From Candidatus Puniceispirillum sp. (lineage in GTDB: Bacteria; Pseudomonadota; Alphaproteobacteria; Puniceispirillales; Puniceispirillaceae): 64,000 bases of DNA. The notes beneath the pieces were generated by a model. That model was not told the DNA's origin. It saw only the letters and a program-made list of their open reading frames with translations, and searched no databases. The position numbers were made by a program, and so were the translations under genes. Positions 1 to 10,833 of this stretch are shown here, piece after piece; position 1 is the stretch's first letter; every line of letters begins with the position of its first letter. The stretch is from assembly GCA_038116935.1 (NCBI GenBank), contig JAYOFA010000005.1, forward strand, positions 42,208 through 106,207. Reading direction: 5' to 3'.

Positions 1-1617
1 AAAAATATTACGGTCAAGATGCACCATACGCTGGCAATCGCGATAGAGCGCGCCACGCCGTTGCAGTTTGCCATATAAAAGGTCGGTATATTCGGCGATA
101 TGGTCCGACGTTTTGGAATTGGTAATTGGCAAATCATCGGCGCCTTCCAACCCAAGGCGGGCAATCGCTTCCTTGACCCGATGTTCACGGCCAAGCAGGA
201 CCGGATAGCCATAGCCGGCATTACGAAAAGCCAGGGCTGCGCGAATCACGCGTTCTTCCTCACCCTCGGCGAACACCACCCGTTTTTTGTTGGCACTGAC
301 CCGTTCAAAAATGGTCTGCATGGCGCCAGCGGTCGGGTCCAGCCGCGCTGACAAGGTGCGCCGATATTCTTCAATGTCGGCAATCGGCTTGCGGGCCACC
401 CCGCCGGCCATCGCCGCTTCGGCAACGGCTGATGACACCGCCACAATCAGCCGCGGGTCAAACGGGGTCGGGATGATATAATCCTCGCCATAAGACAGCG
501 ATTTTCCGTCATACGCATCGGCCACCGCGTCCGGCACGTCTTCGCGGGCCAGCATGGCCAGCGCATTGGCGGCGGCGATTTTCATCTCTTCGGTGATTTT
601 GCTGGCACGCACATCGAGAGCGCCGCGGAAAATATAGGGAAAGCCCAACACATTATTGACCTGATTTGGAAAATCCGACCGGCCGGTGGCAATGATCGCA
701 TCCGGACGCACCGCTTTAGCCTCGGCGGGCCAGATTTCCGGCACCGGGTTGGCCATCGCGAAAATGATCGGTCGCGGGGCCATCTTGGCGACCATGTTTT
801 GGGTCAATAAACCGCCTGACGATAGGCCAAGAAATACATCCGCCCCGACCAGCGCCTCTTCAAGACTCCGGGCATCAGTGTCAACAGCATGGGCTGATTT
901 CCATTGATTCATCGATTCGGTACGGCCTTTGTAAATCGGGCCCGCCCGGTCACATAGGATAATATTGTCATGTGGCACGCCCATGGTTTTGAGCAGGGCA
1001 GCACAGGCGATCGACGCCGCGCCGGCACCATTGCCAACAACCTTGATTGATGTCATGTCACGGCAGGTCAGATGCAGCGCATTGATCAGCCCCGCCGCGG
1101 TGATGATCGCGGTGCCATGCTGGTCATCATGAAATACCGGTATATCTAATGTCTCGCGCAACTGCTGTTCGATAACAAAACATTCGGGGGCCTTGATATC
1201 TTCAAGATTGATGCCCCCAAAGGTTGGCGACATCAGCGTAACCGCATTGACAAACGCATCCGGATCGGACGTCGCAAGTTCAAGGTCGATGCCGTCAATA
1301 TCGGCAAATTTCTTGAATAAAACGGCTTTTCCTTCCATCACCGGTTTGGCCGCTGCCGCCCCGATATCGCCAAGACCAAGAACCGCGGTACCATTCGATA
1401 TGACCGCGATTTGATTACCCTTATTGGTGTAATCATAGGCGGTTTCCACCTGCTTGTTGATTTCGAGACAGGGTGCCGCAACGCCAGGCGAATAGGCCAA
1501 TGACAAATCATGTTGGCTTGTCAGCGGCTTGGTGGCGGCAATTTGAAATTTGCCAGGCCGGCCATTGGCGTGAAACGCGAGGGCTTCTTGATCTAGAATT
1601 TTGTCTTTGTCAGTCAT
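1..1617 (-). CDS. maeB: NADP-dependent malic enzyme, C-terminal part cut off by the window edge
   Basis: Absent from the ORF track because there is no stop inside the window. Manual minus-strand translation from the ATG at 1617 gives [58 protein letters not shown] and stays open to position 1 (539 codons). It ends in the PTA-like domain region (..[21 protein letters not shown]). Confidence 0.85.
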   Translation of the reverse strand, partial: MTDKDKILDQEALAFHANGRPGKFQIAATKPLTSQHDLSLAYSPGVAAPCLEINKQVETAYDYTNKGNQIAVISNGTAVLGLGDIGAAAAKPVMEGKAVLFKKFADIDGIDLELATSDPDAFVNAVTLMSPTFGGINLEDIKAPECFVIEQQLRETLDIPVFHDDQHGTAIITAAGLINALHLTCRDMTSIKVVGNGAGAASIACAALLKTMGVPHDNIILCDRAGPIYKGRTESMNQWKSAHAVDTDARSLEEALVGADVFLGLSSGGLLTQNMVAKMAPRPIIFAMANPVPEIWPAEAKAVRPDAIIATGRSDFPNQVNNVLGFPYIFRGALDVRASKITEEMKIAAANALAMLAREDVPDAVADAYDGKSLSYGEDYIIPTPFDPRLIVAVSSAVAEAAMAGGVARKPIADIEEYRRTLSARLDPTAGAMQTIFERVSANKKRVVFAEGEEERVIRAALAFRNAGYGYPVLLGREHRVKEAIARLGLEGADDLPITNSKTSDHIAEYTDLLYGKLQRRGALYRDCQRMVHLDRNIF

Positions 1618-1770
1618 GTCTCGAACTATCTGCTGTGAAAAGCCTTGTCGAAGGGTTAAATGAATGAAATGAGCGCTGGATAAAATTGTCCTGATTTTGC
1701 CGATTTAACGATCGGCAATCGCCCCTTGGTTCTTGTCCTGACGCTCAACTTCAGGCAATGTCAAAACGCT

Positions 1771-4482
1771 ATGAACGCCGCATCTTCTAAAGTAAAATCA
1801 GACAAAGTCAAAGCGCCTACGCCGATGATGGCGCAATATTTGCGCGTCAAGGAATCGCACCCCGACTCGGTCCTATTCTACAGGATGGGTGATTTTTACG
1901 AAATGTTTTTCGAAGATGCGGAAATGGCCGCCGCCATTCTTGGTATTACCTTGACCAAACGCGGCGTCAAGGATGGCAAGGATGTGCCGATGTGCGGGGT
2001 GCCGGTCCATGCCGCTGACGGCTATCTGGCACGGCTGATCAAGGCGGGTCATCGGGTGGCCATTTGCGAACAGACAGAAGATCCGGAAACACAAAAGCAA
2101 CGTGGTGGCAAGGGCCCGTTGCGGCGCGATGTTGTCCGGGTGTTGACCCCGGGCACCTTGACCGAGGATGAATTGCTGCCGGCCCGCCAACATAATTACT
2201 TGGTGGCGCTGGGCCGGGCTGAATCGCAAATCGCTATCGCTTGGGCTGATATGTCGACAGGTGATTTTGCTGTTCAAGATATTGCCGATGATGGGTTGGA
2301 CACCGTCTTGGCCCGCTTGGACCCGGCCGAACTTGTCTATCCGCAAGGGTTCACCCTGCCTGACAGCCTGATCGAAAGCGGCATTTGCCTGACCGAACAG
2401 GCGGCGTCGATGTTTGATTCGCGCCACGCCCGCACCGCCCTTGAAGCATTTTATCAGCTTGCCAGTCTTGACGGTTTGGGCCAGTTCAGCCGCGCCATGC
2501 TATCGGCAGCGGGCGGCCTTCTTGGCTATATCGAGACTACCCAAATTGGCAATATGCCGCGGCTTTTGGCATTAACGCCGATTAGTGAAAATGGGGTGAT
2601 GGACATTGATCCGGCGACCCGGCGTTCGCTTGAATTGAACCGCACCCTAACCGGCGAAAGGCGGGGCAGTCTGCTTCATGCGGTTGATCTGACGCGCACA
2701 GCGGCGGGGGCACGATTACTGGCTGAACGGGTTGCCGCCCCCCGGCTTGATATCGCTGTTATCGATGCAAGGCTGGATCTTGTCGCGTGGTTTATCGCCC
2801 AGCCGGATTGCGCCAGCATGGTACGAGACCAGTTAAAATTGCTGCCTGATATCGAACGGGCGCTGTCACGCCTGTCGCTGGGGCATGGCGGCCCGCGTGA
2901 CCTTGCGGCAATTGCGGCTGGTCTTGACGGTGCGGGCGCCATTGCCGGACATATTCGTCGTTGCGCGGCAAACAGCATGGCCGGTCTTGCCGAACCTCGC
3001 CACCTATCGGGCTTGGTTGACACAATGCTGGCCCCGTTGCCGCTGGCGGCGGATATGACGCCGGCGCTTGGTGATGATTTACCTTTGTTGGCGCGTGATG
3101 GTGGGTTTGTCCGGAAAGGCTATGACCTTGCGCTTGACAAGGTGCGGGCTTTGCGTGACGAGAGCCGCCGGTTGATCATGGCGCTACAAGGCCGCTATGC
3201 CGATGAAACGGGCATTGCATCGTTGAAAATCCGGCATAACAATGTGCTTGGTTACCATGTTGATGTGCGTAGCGCACATGCCGCCAAACTGATGGATCGT
3301 GATAATTTCATCCATCGTCAAACCACCGCGCAAGCGGTGCGCTTTACGACCACCGAATTGGCCGAAATGGAACGTGATATGGCCAGTGCGGCCGATCGGG
3401 CGCTTGCCATGGAGTTGGAGATTTTTAACCGGCTAAGCGAGTCGGTTATTGTGGCGGCGGATAGGCTCGGCGCTGCGGCGCGGGCGCTTGCCGAAACCGA
3501 TGTGGCGACGGCGTCGGCACGGTTGGCCGTCAGCCGTCACTATTGTCGGCCGCGGCTTGTTGAGGCGCCGGTGTTTACCATCACCGCTGGCCGGCATCCG
3601 GTGATCGAAACCATGCTTGACTCCGATCAACCCTTTATCGCCAATGACTGTGATTTAGATGATGGGCGCTTGTGGTTGCTGACCGGTCCAAACATGGCTG
3701 GCAAATCAACCTTTTTGCGGCAAAATGCCCATCTTGCGATTATGGCACAGGCCGGTCTTTATGTGCCTGCCGAAGCGGCGGTCATCGGTGTCGTTGACCG
3801 GCTTTTCAGCCGGGTTGGGGCAGCCGATGATTTGGCGCGCGGCAGGTCTACCTTTATGGTGGAAATGGTTGAAACCGCAACCATCCTCAATCGGGCCACG
3901 GCCAGATCATTGGTTATCCTTGATGAAATAGGCCGTGGCACCGCCACTTATGACGGGCTTGCCATTGCCTGGTCTGCGTTGGAATATCTGCATGATGTCA
4001 GCGGCTGCCGTACCCTTTTTGCAACCCATTATCACGAATTGACCCATCTGCAGAAAAACCTCGACCAGTTGCGATGCCACGCGATGCAGGTCCGCGAATG
4101 GCAGGGACAAATCGTATTTCTGCATCAGGTTGTTGCTGGTGCGGCAGACCGGTCTTACGGGGTTCATGTGGCGCGTCTTGCCGGCTTGCCCGATGCTGTT
4201 CTGACGCGCGCCGAACAAATCCTGACCGAACTTGAATCCGGCCAACATGGGGCGGTAGATGCGGCAGATATGGCTGATATGCTGCCATTGTTTGACCATC
4301 GTCAGGCCATGCTGCCGGCTGATCACCGGACCAGCCGTCTTGGTGACGCGATGGCGGCGATAGATCCGGACAGCCTGACCCCGCGCCAAGCGCTGGAACA
4401 GCTATACCGCCTGAAAGATTTGCAAGGGGCGGCGGATGATCCGCACCAAGATACCCCGCCAGTCAAGACCAAAAGATCATGA
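1771..4482 (+). CDS. mutS: DNA mismatch repair protein MutS
   Basis: N-terminal TPMMAQYLRVKESHPDSVLFYRMGDFYEMFFEDA and Walker A LLTGPNMAGKSTFLRQ, ~900 aa. Start moved to the ATG at 1771 (MNAASSK); the track ORF begins at 1726. Confidence 0.95.
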   Translation: MNAASSKVKSDKVKAPTPMMAQYLRVKESHPDSVLFYRMGDFYEMFFEDAEMAAAILGITLTKRGVKDGKDVPMCGVPVHAADGYLARLIKAGHRVAICEQTEDPETQKQRGGKGPLRRDVVRVLTPGTLTEDELLPARQHNYLVALGRAESQIAIAWADMSTGDFAVQDIADDGLDTVLARLDPAELVYPQGFTLPDSLIESGICLTEQAASMFDSRHARTALEAFYQLASLDGLGQFSRAMLSAAGGLLGYIETTQIGNMPRLLALTPISENGVMDIDPATRRSLELNRTLTGERRGSLLHAVDLTRTAAGARLLAERVAAPRLDIAVIDARLDLVAWFIAQPDCASMVRDQLKLLPDIERALSRLSLGHGGPRDLAAIAAGLDGAGAIAGHIRRCAANSMAGLAEPRHLSGLVDTMLAPLPLAADMTPALGDDLPLLARDGGFVRKGYDLALDKVRALRDESRRLIMALQGRYADETGIASLKIRHNNVLGYHVDVRSAHAAKLMDRDNFIHRQTTAQAVRFTTTELAEMERDMASAADRALAMELEIFNRLSESVIVAADRLGAAARALAETDVATASARLAVSRHYCRPRLVEAPVFTITAGRHPVIETMLDSDQPFIANDCDLDDGRLWLLTGPNMAGKSTFLRQNAHLAIMAQAGLYVPAEAAVIGVVDRLFSRVGAADDLARGRSTFMVEMVETATILNRATARSLVILDEIGRGTATYDGLAIAWSALEYLHDVSGCRTLFATHYHELTHLQKNLDQLRCHAMQVREWQGQIVFLHQVVAGAADRSYGVHVARLAGLPDAVLTRAEQILTELESGQHGAVDAADMADMLPLFDHRQAMLPADHRTSRLGDAMAAIDPDSLTPRQALEQLYRLKDLQGAADDPHQDTPPVKTKRS

Positions 4483-7283
4483 TCGGCACCATAAAACGCG
4501 TCAAATCGGCGTCCAAAAAGATGAATCCGGCCATTGCGTGGCATCGCTGGCTTCAGCCGCTGGCTGGGGTTATGTCGTCGGCGCCACCACCGTTTGACAA
4601 GGCAGCGTTGCTGGCCACCATTTCCGCCCACGCCGCTGCCCGCAAGACCGATGCGCGCGCCCAATTGCTGGCCGTTTTACGCGACCAGCTGACCCGTACC
4701 AAGCACGCCTTGGAACAACAGTTTTACGCACAAAATGACGGCGCGATCTATGTTGGGATGCAGGCGTGGAGCATCGATCTGATTTTGCAGATTTTGCACG
4801 ACCAGGCCTGTCAGTATTGCAGCGGCGGTGGCGATATTGCGCTGGTCGCGGTCGGCGGCTATGGGCGTGGTGAATTGGCGCCCTTCTCTGATATCGATAT
4901 CATGTTTGTGCTGCCGCCTGAAACCGATGACACGCATAAAGCGGTGATAGAATTTATCTTATATATTTTGTGGGATTTGGGCCTGAAAGTTGGCCATTCG
5001 ACACGCACGGTGGCCGAGTCGATCGCCGTGGCGAGTGACGATCAAACCATCCTGACCAGCTTTCTGGAAATGCGGTTTATCACCGGCGATAACAAATTGT
5101 GGCACAGTCTGAATCGTGCGGTTCACCGGCATATTGCCAAGCAAAAGCCGCTTGCTTTTGTCGAAGAAAAATTGGCCGAGCGTGATATGCGGCACAAGCG
5201 CTTTGGTGATACGCGCTATGTGGTCGAACCAAATATCAAGGATGGCAAAGGCGGGTTGCGCGATTTACACTCGCTGTTCTGGATTGCCAAATATGCCTAT
5301 CGTGCCGACAGCATTATCGACATTATCGGTGATGACGTGCTCCGCGATAGTGAGGCGCGCAAATTTGCCGGTGCCCAGCGGTTTTTATGGACCGTGCGCT
5401 GTCATCTTCATCTTCATGCCGGACGGCCGGAAGAGCGGCTTGATTTTGACGCCCAAATGGCCATCGCCCCCCGCATGGGGTTTGCCGACCGGGGCGGAAT
5501 GCGTGGTGTTGAACGCTTTATGAAACGCTATTATCTGGCGGCGCGGAATGTTGGCAATTTGACGCGTATCTTCTGTGCGGCAATGGAAACTGATTTCCGG
5601 AAAAGCCTGACATTGTGGCGCCCAGATTTTATGCGCAACAAAGAGCTGGCGCCATTTCGTATCGACAGCGGCCGTGTACGTCTTGATGATCAGCTGATGT
5701 TCCGTGATGATCCGGTCCGGTTAATTGAATTATTTGCCATCGCCCAAGCGCACACCGCCGATGTGCATCCGCAAACCTTGCAGCGCGTGACCCGTGGCCT
5801 GTCATCGCTTGGGGCAAAAACCCGGCGTGATCCGCATGCCAATCAGATGTTTCTGGATATTTTGACGGCGCCCGACAATCCGGAACGGGTTTTGCGGTTG
5901 ATGAATGAAAGCGGCGTGTTCGGCAGGTTTTTGCCGGATTTTGGTCGCATTGTTGCGATGATGCAGTTCGATATGTATCACAGCTACACGGTTGATGAAC
6001 ACACGTTGAAAGCGGTTGGCATATTACATGGCATCGAGGCCGGACAGTTGCGAGACGAGGCACCTGTTGCCACCACAGTCATGCCCGAAATTGAATCGCG
6101 GCGCGCGCTTTATGTAGCGATATTGCTGCATGATATTGCCAAGGGGCGCGGCGGCGACCATTCAATTTTGGGCGCCGAGGTTGCGTTGGAACTGTGCCCG
6201 CGGCTTGGCCTGTCGAATGAGGAAACCGAAACCGTTTGCTGGTTGATACGGCATCACTTGCTGATGAGTAAAACCGCCTTTCGTTATGATTTGAATGACC
6301 CGCAAACGATTGCTGATTTTGCCCGCATCGTGCAATCGCCGGAACGGCTCAAACTGTTATTGGTCCTGACTGTCGCCGATATTCGTGCGGTTGGACCAAA
6401 TGTCTGGAATGGGTGGAAAGCGGCCCTGATGCGTGATCTTTATTATCGCTGTGATGCGGTTTTACGGGGCGCGGATCCGGCGGTGATCGCCAGCGGCAAT
6501 GCCGAGGTCGCCAAACATGACGCCGGCGTCCGCCTGTCTGGCTGGACCGCCGCCGAATTTGACCAACATGCGGCCAATATGCCGGTCAATTATTGGACCG
6601 GTTTTGATGTGGACAGCCATGTTCGCCATGCTGAACTATGCCGGACATTTGCCGGTCTTGAGGTACCGTTACTGATCGATTTTCGGCCGGACCGGGCGCG
6701 CCGCATGACCGAATTGACCATTTTGACGGTTGATGATCCAGGGCTGTTTTCGCGGATTGCCGGTGCGGTCGCGGCGGCTGGGGCCAATATTGCCGGGGCG
6801 CGGATCACCACATGTCATGATGGCACCGTGCTTGATGTTTTCTTTTTGCAGGATATGCAGAACCAAGCCATTGACGGAGTGGCTGAATTAAAACGGTTGA
6901 AAGACTGTCTTGAGGGCGCGCTGACCGGTGCGTTCCGTCTTGACAAAGCCTTGGAAGAACGCTGGCGGCAAACGCCACTACGCGTACGGCAATTGCCGGT
7001 ACCGACCCGGGTCTTGCTGTCCAATAAAATCAGCACCACCCATAGTGTGATCGAGGTGAATGGCCGCGATTTTCCCGGACTTTTGCATAAAATTACCCAA
7101 TGTTTGGCCGATCTTGGCCTGCAAATCCAGACCGCCAGCGTTTCGACCTATGGCGAGCGTGTCGTCGATGTGTTTTATGTGAAGGATATTTTTGGCCTGC
7201 AAATCCATAATGAAAATCGTCAGTTGACCATCCGTAATCGGTTGCGCGCGATTTTTGACGACCTTGACGAGGCGGTGCTGTGA
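4479..7283 (+). CDS. glnD: [protein-PII] uridylyltransferase/uridylyl-removing enzyme GlnD
   Basis: Nucleotidyltransferase motif VAVGGYGRGELAPFSDIDIMFV, HD domain LLHDIAKGRGGDHS, C-terminal ACT-like repeats, 934 aa. The ATGA overlaps the mutS stop. Confidence 0.93.
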   Translation: MIGTIKRVKSASKKMNPAIAWHRWLQPLAGVMSSAPPPFDKAALLATISAHAAARKTDARAQLLAVLRDQLTRTKHALEQQFYAQNDGAIYVGMQAWSIDLILQILHDQACQYCSGGGDIALVAVGGYGRGELAPFSDIDIMFVLPPETDDTHKAVIEFILYILWDLGLKVGHSTRTVAESIAVASDDQTILTSFLEMRFITGDNKLWHSLNRAVHRHIAKQKPLAFVEEKLAERDMRHKRFGDTRYVVEPNIKDGKGGLRDLHSLFWIAKYAYRADSIIDIIGDDVLRDSEARKFAGAQRFLWTVRCHLHLHAGRPEERLDFDAQMAIAPRMGFADRGGMRGVERFMKRYYLAARNVGNLTRIFCAAMETDFRKSLTLWRPDFMRNKELAPFRIDSGRVRLDDQLMFRDDPVRLIELFAIAQAHTADVHPQTLQRVTRGLSSLGAKTRRDPHANQMFLDILTAPDNPERVLRLMNESGVFGRFLPDFGRIVAMMQFDMYHSYTVDEHTLKAVGILHGIEAGQLRDEAPVATTVMPEIESRRALYVAILLHDIAKGRGGDHSILGAEVALELCPRLGLSNEETETVCWLIRHHLLMSKTAFRYDLNDPQTIADFARIVQSPERLKLLLVLTVADIRAVGPNVWNGWKAALMRDLYYRCDAVLRGADPAVIASGNAEVAKHDAGVRLSGWTAAEFDQHAANMPVNYWTGFDVDSHVRHAELCRTFAGLEVPLLIDFRPDRARRMTELTILTVDDPGLFSRIAGAVAAAGANIAGARITTCHDGTVLDVFFLQDMQNQAIDGVAELKRLKDCLEGALTGAFRLDKALEERWRQTPLRVRQLPVPTRVLLSNKISTTHSVIEVNGRDFPGLLHKITQCLADLGLQIQTASVSTYGERVVDVFYVKDIFGLQIHNENRQLTIRNRLRAIFDDLDEAVL

Positions 7284-8851
7284 CCACACCGGGAGACAAG
7301 AGCGCAACATTGGGCACGGCATTTCGCCAAATTGGCGGACTGACGGCGATCAGCCGCATTGTCGGTTTTGCGCGTGATATTGTTTTTGCCAGCTTTTTGG
7401 GCGCTGGTCCGGCAACCGATGCGTTTCTGGTGGCTTTGAAATTGCCCAACATGTTCCGGCGGCTTAGTGCCGAAGGGGCGATGACCAACGCGTTTTTGCC
7501 GAATTTTGCCCGGTTGCGTGCGGATCAAGGGCGCGGTGCGGCGCTTGGGCTGGCGGCCGAGGCGCAGATTATGCTGATCCTTGTGCTGTTTGCTTTGGTG
7601 GGTCTTGCGGAATTATTTATGCCGCAACTGGTGATGTTGATGGCCCCCGGCTTTGCTGCGACGCCAGACCGGATGGCCGCGGCGGTTAATCTTGCGCGCC
7701 TAACCATGCCTTACCTGCCAATGATCTCGATCGTTGCTTTGTGGGGTGCTATTGCCAACGCACATGATCGTTTCAAGGCGGCAGCGGCAGCCCCGATCAT
7801 CGCCAATCTGTGCTTTATCGCCGGGGCGCTTGCGATCCCTGTTATGATGGCTGACGCTGGGGCGATGCGCGGTTTGCCCGTGGCCTTTGGCTTGCTTGTG
7901 GCGGGGCTTTTGCAATTGCTGTTTTTATTCGTGGTTTTGCATCGTCTTGATGCGCTACCGCGTCTTGTCTGGCCACGATTGTCGGCAGCAGGCCGCAAAA
8001 TGTGGCGCCATTTTCTACCAGCGGCCCTTGGTGCAGGTGGTATGCAGCTGAATTTACTGGTCGATTTAATTTTGGCGTCCTTACTTCCTGTTGGGGCGAT
8101 ATCGTGGCTCTATTATGCCGATCGGGTGGCGCAATTACCGTTAGGAATTGTCGGGATCGCCCTTGGTACGGCTCTGTTGCCGCGCTTGTCAGCAGCCGAG
8201 GCGACCGGCCAAACCGCTGACGTATCGGCGACCATATCGCGGGCCATTATCTATGGCGGCTTTCTGGTTGTGCCGGCGGTAACAGCCTTGTTACTGATCG
8301 CGATGCCGATCATGACCGGGCTTTTCACCTATGGGGCTTTCGTGATCCGCGACGCAGATATGGCCGCGCTGGCGTTGATGGCCTATGCGGTGGGCCTGCC
8401 GTGTTTTGTCCTTGTCAAAATATTGCAGCCAGCTTTCTATGCGGCGGGCCAGCCGGGGATTGTGCTGAAAATCTCTGTGCTGACGGTGGTTGTCAATATC
8501 ACCGGATCATTGCTGTTAATGCCGGTTCTTGGTCATGTCGGATTGGCCTTGGCCACCTCAGTATCGGGGGTGGTGGCCGCGTTGTTCATGGCCTGCCTAT
8601 TGTGGCGGCAACGCCGGTTGCGGGGTGGGTGGTTTGGCCCTTTGGGCCGCATTTTTTTGGCCAGCTTGGTGATGGCGGCGGTGTTGACAGCGCTGCAACA
8701 GCTTGTCGATCCGGCCCATCTTGGCGTGCCGGCGGCGCTGTGGTTGGCGTGTCTGGTGCTGCTTGGCGGGACGAGTTATGCGGGCGCGGCGTTTGTCACC
8801 GGCGCGGTGCCGGCCGAGTGGCTGGCGCGCTTGCCAAACCGAAAGGCTTGA
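7280..8851 (+). CDS. murJ: Lipid II flippase MurJ (MviN)
   Basis: Polytopic membrane protein with N-terminus [31 protein letters not shown], typical of MviN/MurJ. The start overlaps the glnD stop. glnD-murJ is a common proteobacterial pairing. Confidence 0.9.
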   Translation: MTTPGDKSATLGTAFRQIGGLTAISRIVGFARDIVFASFLGAGPATDAFLVALKLPNMFRRLSAEGAMTNAFLPNFARLRADQGRGAALGLAAEAQIMLILVLFALVGLAELFMPQLVMLMAPGFAATPDRMAAAVNLARLTMPYLPMISIVALWGAIANAHDRFKAAAAAPIIANLCFIAGALAIPVMMADAGAMRGLPVAFGLLVAGLLQLLFLFVVLHRLDALPRLVWPRLSAAGRKMWRHFLPAALGAGGMQLNLLVDLILASLLPVGAISWLYYADRVAQLPLGIVGIALGTALLPRLSAAEATGQTADVSATISRAIIYGGFLVVPAVTALLLIAMPIMTGLFTYGAFVIRDADMAALALMAYAVGLPCFVLVKILQPAFYAAGQPGIVLKISVLTVVVNITGSLLLMPVLGHVGLALATSVSGVVAALFMACLLWRQRRLRGGWFGPLGRIFLASLVMAAVLTALQQLVDPAHLGVPAALWLACLVLLGGTSYAGAAFVTGAVPAEWLARLPNRKA

Positions 8852-8912
8852 CCGCTGGCCCACAAGCAGGGATAACGCTGGCATCACAACCAACAACGCT
8901 TATGGAATCGTC

Positions 8913-9968
8913 ATGACCGAGTCAGCTGCGTCAGCTACTGCCACGAACGCCACCGCAAAGGGCCGTATTTTTTCAGGGATTCAGCCAACGGGTAATTTGC
9001 ACCTTGGCAATTATCTGGGCGCCATTCGCAATTGGGTCTCGCTGCAGCATGAATTTGACTCGATCTATTGCGTGGTTGATTTGCATGCGATCACCGTGCC
9101 GCAAGATCCAGCCGCCTTACAACAAAGCACCCGCGAGGTGGCCGCCAGCCTGATTGCTGCTGGTATTTCGACCGAAAAATCAATCTTGTTTAACCAGTCT
9201 TGTGTGCCGCAACATGCCGAGCTGGCATGGATTTTCAATTGTGTGGCGCGGCTTGGTTGGTTGAACCGCATGACCCAATTCAAAGAAAAAGCGGGCAAGA
9301 ACCGTGAAAATGCGACGGTTGGCCTTTATGCCTATCCAACATTGATGGCGGCCGATATTTTGGCGTATCGGGCAACGCATGTGCCGGTTGGCGAGGATCA
9401 AAAGCAGCATCTTGAACTGACCCGTGACATCGCCCAAGCGTTCAATTCGGCCTATGACATTGATCTTTTTCCGCTTCCCGAACCCCAAATTTTTGGCAGT
9501 GCAACACGCGTGATGAGCCTTCGTGATGGTAGTGCCAAGATGAGTAAGTCCGACAATTCGGACAATTCACGGATCAACATGACCGATGATGCCGAGATGA
9601 TCGCAACGAAAATCCGGCGCGCCAAAACCGATCCAGATGCGCTACCGTCCGAGGTGACCGGCCTAGACGGCCGTCCAGAAGCCAGCAACCTTGTTGGTAT
9701 TTACGCGGCCTTGGCCGATTGTTCAGTTGATGATGTCCTTCGCGAATTTGGCGGCCAAGGCTTTGCGGTGTTCAAACCGGCCCTGGCCGAACTGGCGGTA
9801 GCCAAATTGTCGCCAATTGGCGATGAGATGCGGCGTTTGATGGCAAATCCGGGTGATATAGATGCCATCCTTGCCAACGGCGCTGAACGGGCGGCGGCGA
9901 TTGCCCGGCCTATTCTCGCCGAAATTCGCGATGTCGTTGGCTTTTTGGGCGCCAGCACAGACCGGTAA
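8913..9968 (+). CDS. trpS: Tryptophan--tRNA ligase
   Basis: Class I motifs [16 protein letters not shown] (HIGH-like) and KMSKSD. Start trimmed from 8703 to the ATG at 8913 (MTESAAS), because the upstream part of the track ORF overlaps murJ. Confidence 0.93.
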   Translation: MTESAASATATNATAKGRIFSGIQPTGNLHLGNYLGAIRNWVSLQHEFDSIYCVVDLHAITVPQDPAALQQSTREVAASLIAAGISTEKSILFNQSCVPQHAELAWIFNCVARLGWLNRMTQFKEKAGKNRENATVGLYAYPTLMAADILAYRATHVPVGEDQKQHLELTRDIAQAFNSAYDIDLFPLPEPQIFGSATRVMSLRDGSAKMSKSDNSDNSRINMTDDAEMIATKIRRAKTDPDALPSEVTGLDGRPEASNLVGIYAALADCSVDDVLREFGGQGFAVFKPALAELAVAKLSPIGDEMRRLMANPGDIDAILANGAERAAAIARPILAEIRDVVGFLGASTDR

Positions 9969-10254
9969 TACCGGTCCATTTCGGTCGGTTCCGGCTGGCC
10001 AGACCAGTCTTGATATGGCATAATATATAGGTGTTGCGGGCTTGTATTTGCCCAAACAACACCCCATGTGAGCGAGGTCTGCCGTTTCTGACAATGGCCG
10101 GTTGTTTTAATGGGGATGACGCGCTGGCAGGGTGATCATTGCCGGTGAGCGAAGGCCATCCTGATCACGGGGCAGGGACGCATATTGAAATCGCAAGTCA
10201 GGCCGCCGGCAGGGTAGCGCCAGAATGCTGACGAAAATACCGAGGACAAACACC

Positions 10255-10812
10255 ATGTTTATTCAAACACAAGACACACCAAACCCGGCTACCTTAAAAT
10301 TTATCCCCGGTGTGCCGGTGATGGATCATGGCACGGCCGATTTTGCCGATGCTGATGCAGCCGCGCGGGCACCATTGGCGCGCCGCTTGTTTCAGATAGA
10401 TGGTATCACCGGGGTGTTTTTAGGGCAGGATTTTATCGCCGTTACCAAGGCCGAAACGCTTGATTGGTTTGCGCTGAAACCGTCAATTTTGGCGGGCATC
10501 ATGGAACATTATGCGTCAGGCTTGCCGGTGATTGAAAATGACGCTGCAGTCGCAGACACGCATGCCGATGGTGGTGATAGCGACACAGTTCAGCAAATCA
10601 AGCAGCTTCTTGATACACGGGTCCGACCCGCGGTGGCGATGGATGGTGGCGATATCGTTTTTCAGGATTTTGCCGATGGGATCGTAACCCTGCAGATGCG
10701 CGGTGCATGCCAAGGTTGCCCTAGCTCTACTGCGACATTAAAGATGGGCATTGAAAATATGCTTCGGCATTACATTCCCGAAGTGCGCGAGGTACGGGCC
10801 GCTGATTTTTAA
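10255..10812 (+). CDS. NifU/Nfu-type Fe-S cluster assembly protein (Nfu_N + NifU C-terminal domain)
   Basis: MFIQTQDTPNPATLKFIPG N-terminal domain and C-terminal CxxC GACQGCPSSTATLK. GAGGA lies 8 nt before the ATG at 10255. Confidence 0.88.
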   Translation: MFIQTQDTPNPATLKFIPGVPVMDHGTADFADADAAARAPLARRLFQIDGITGVFLGQDFIAVTKAETLDWFALKPSILAGIMEHYASGLPVIENDAAVADTHADGGDSDTVQQIKQLLDTRVRPAVAMDGGDIVFQDFADGIVTLQMRGACQGCPSSTATLKMGIENMLRHYIPEVREVRAADF

Positions 10813-10833
10813 TCATCGCACCCGCCCGACCCG

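Noticed and set aside
8703-8912. 70-codon N-terminal extension of the trpS ORF overlapping the murJ 3' end
   Set aside because: The extension is Arg/Cys/Trp-rich nonsense translated from the murJ coding region in another frame. A proper ATG at 8913 precedes the conserved TrpS N-terminus.
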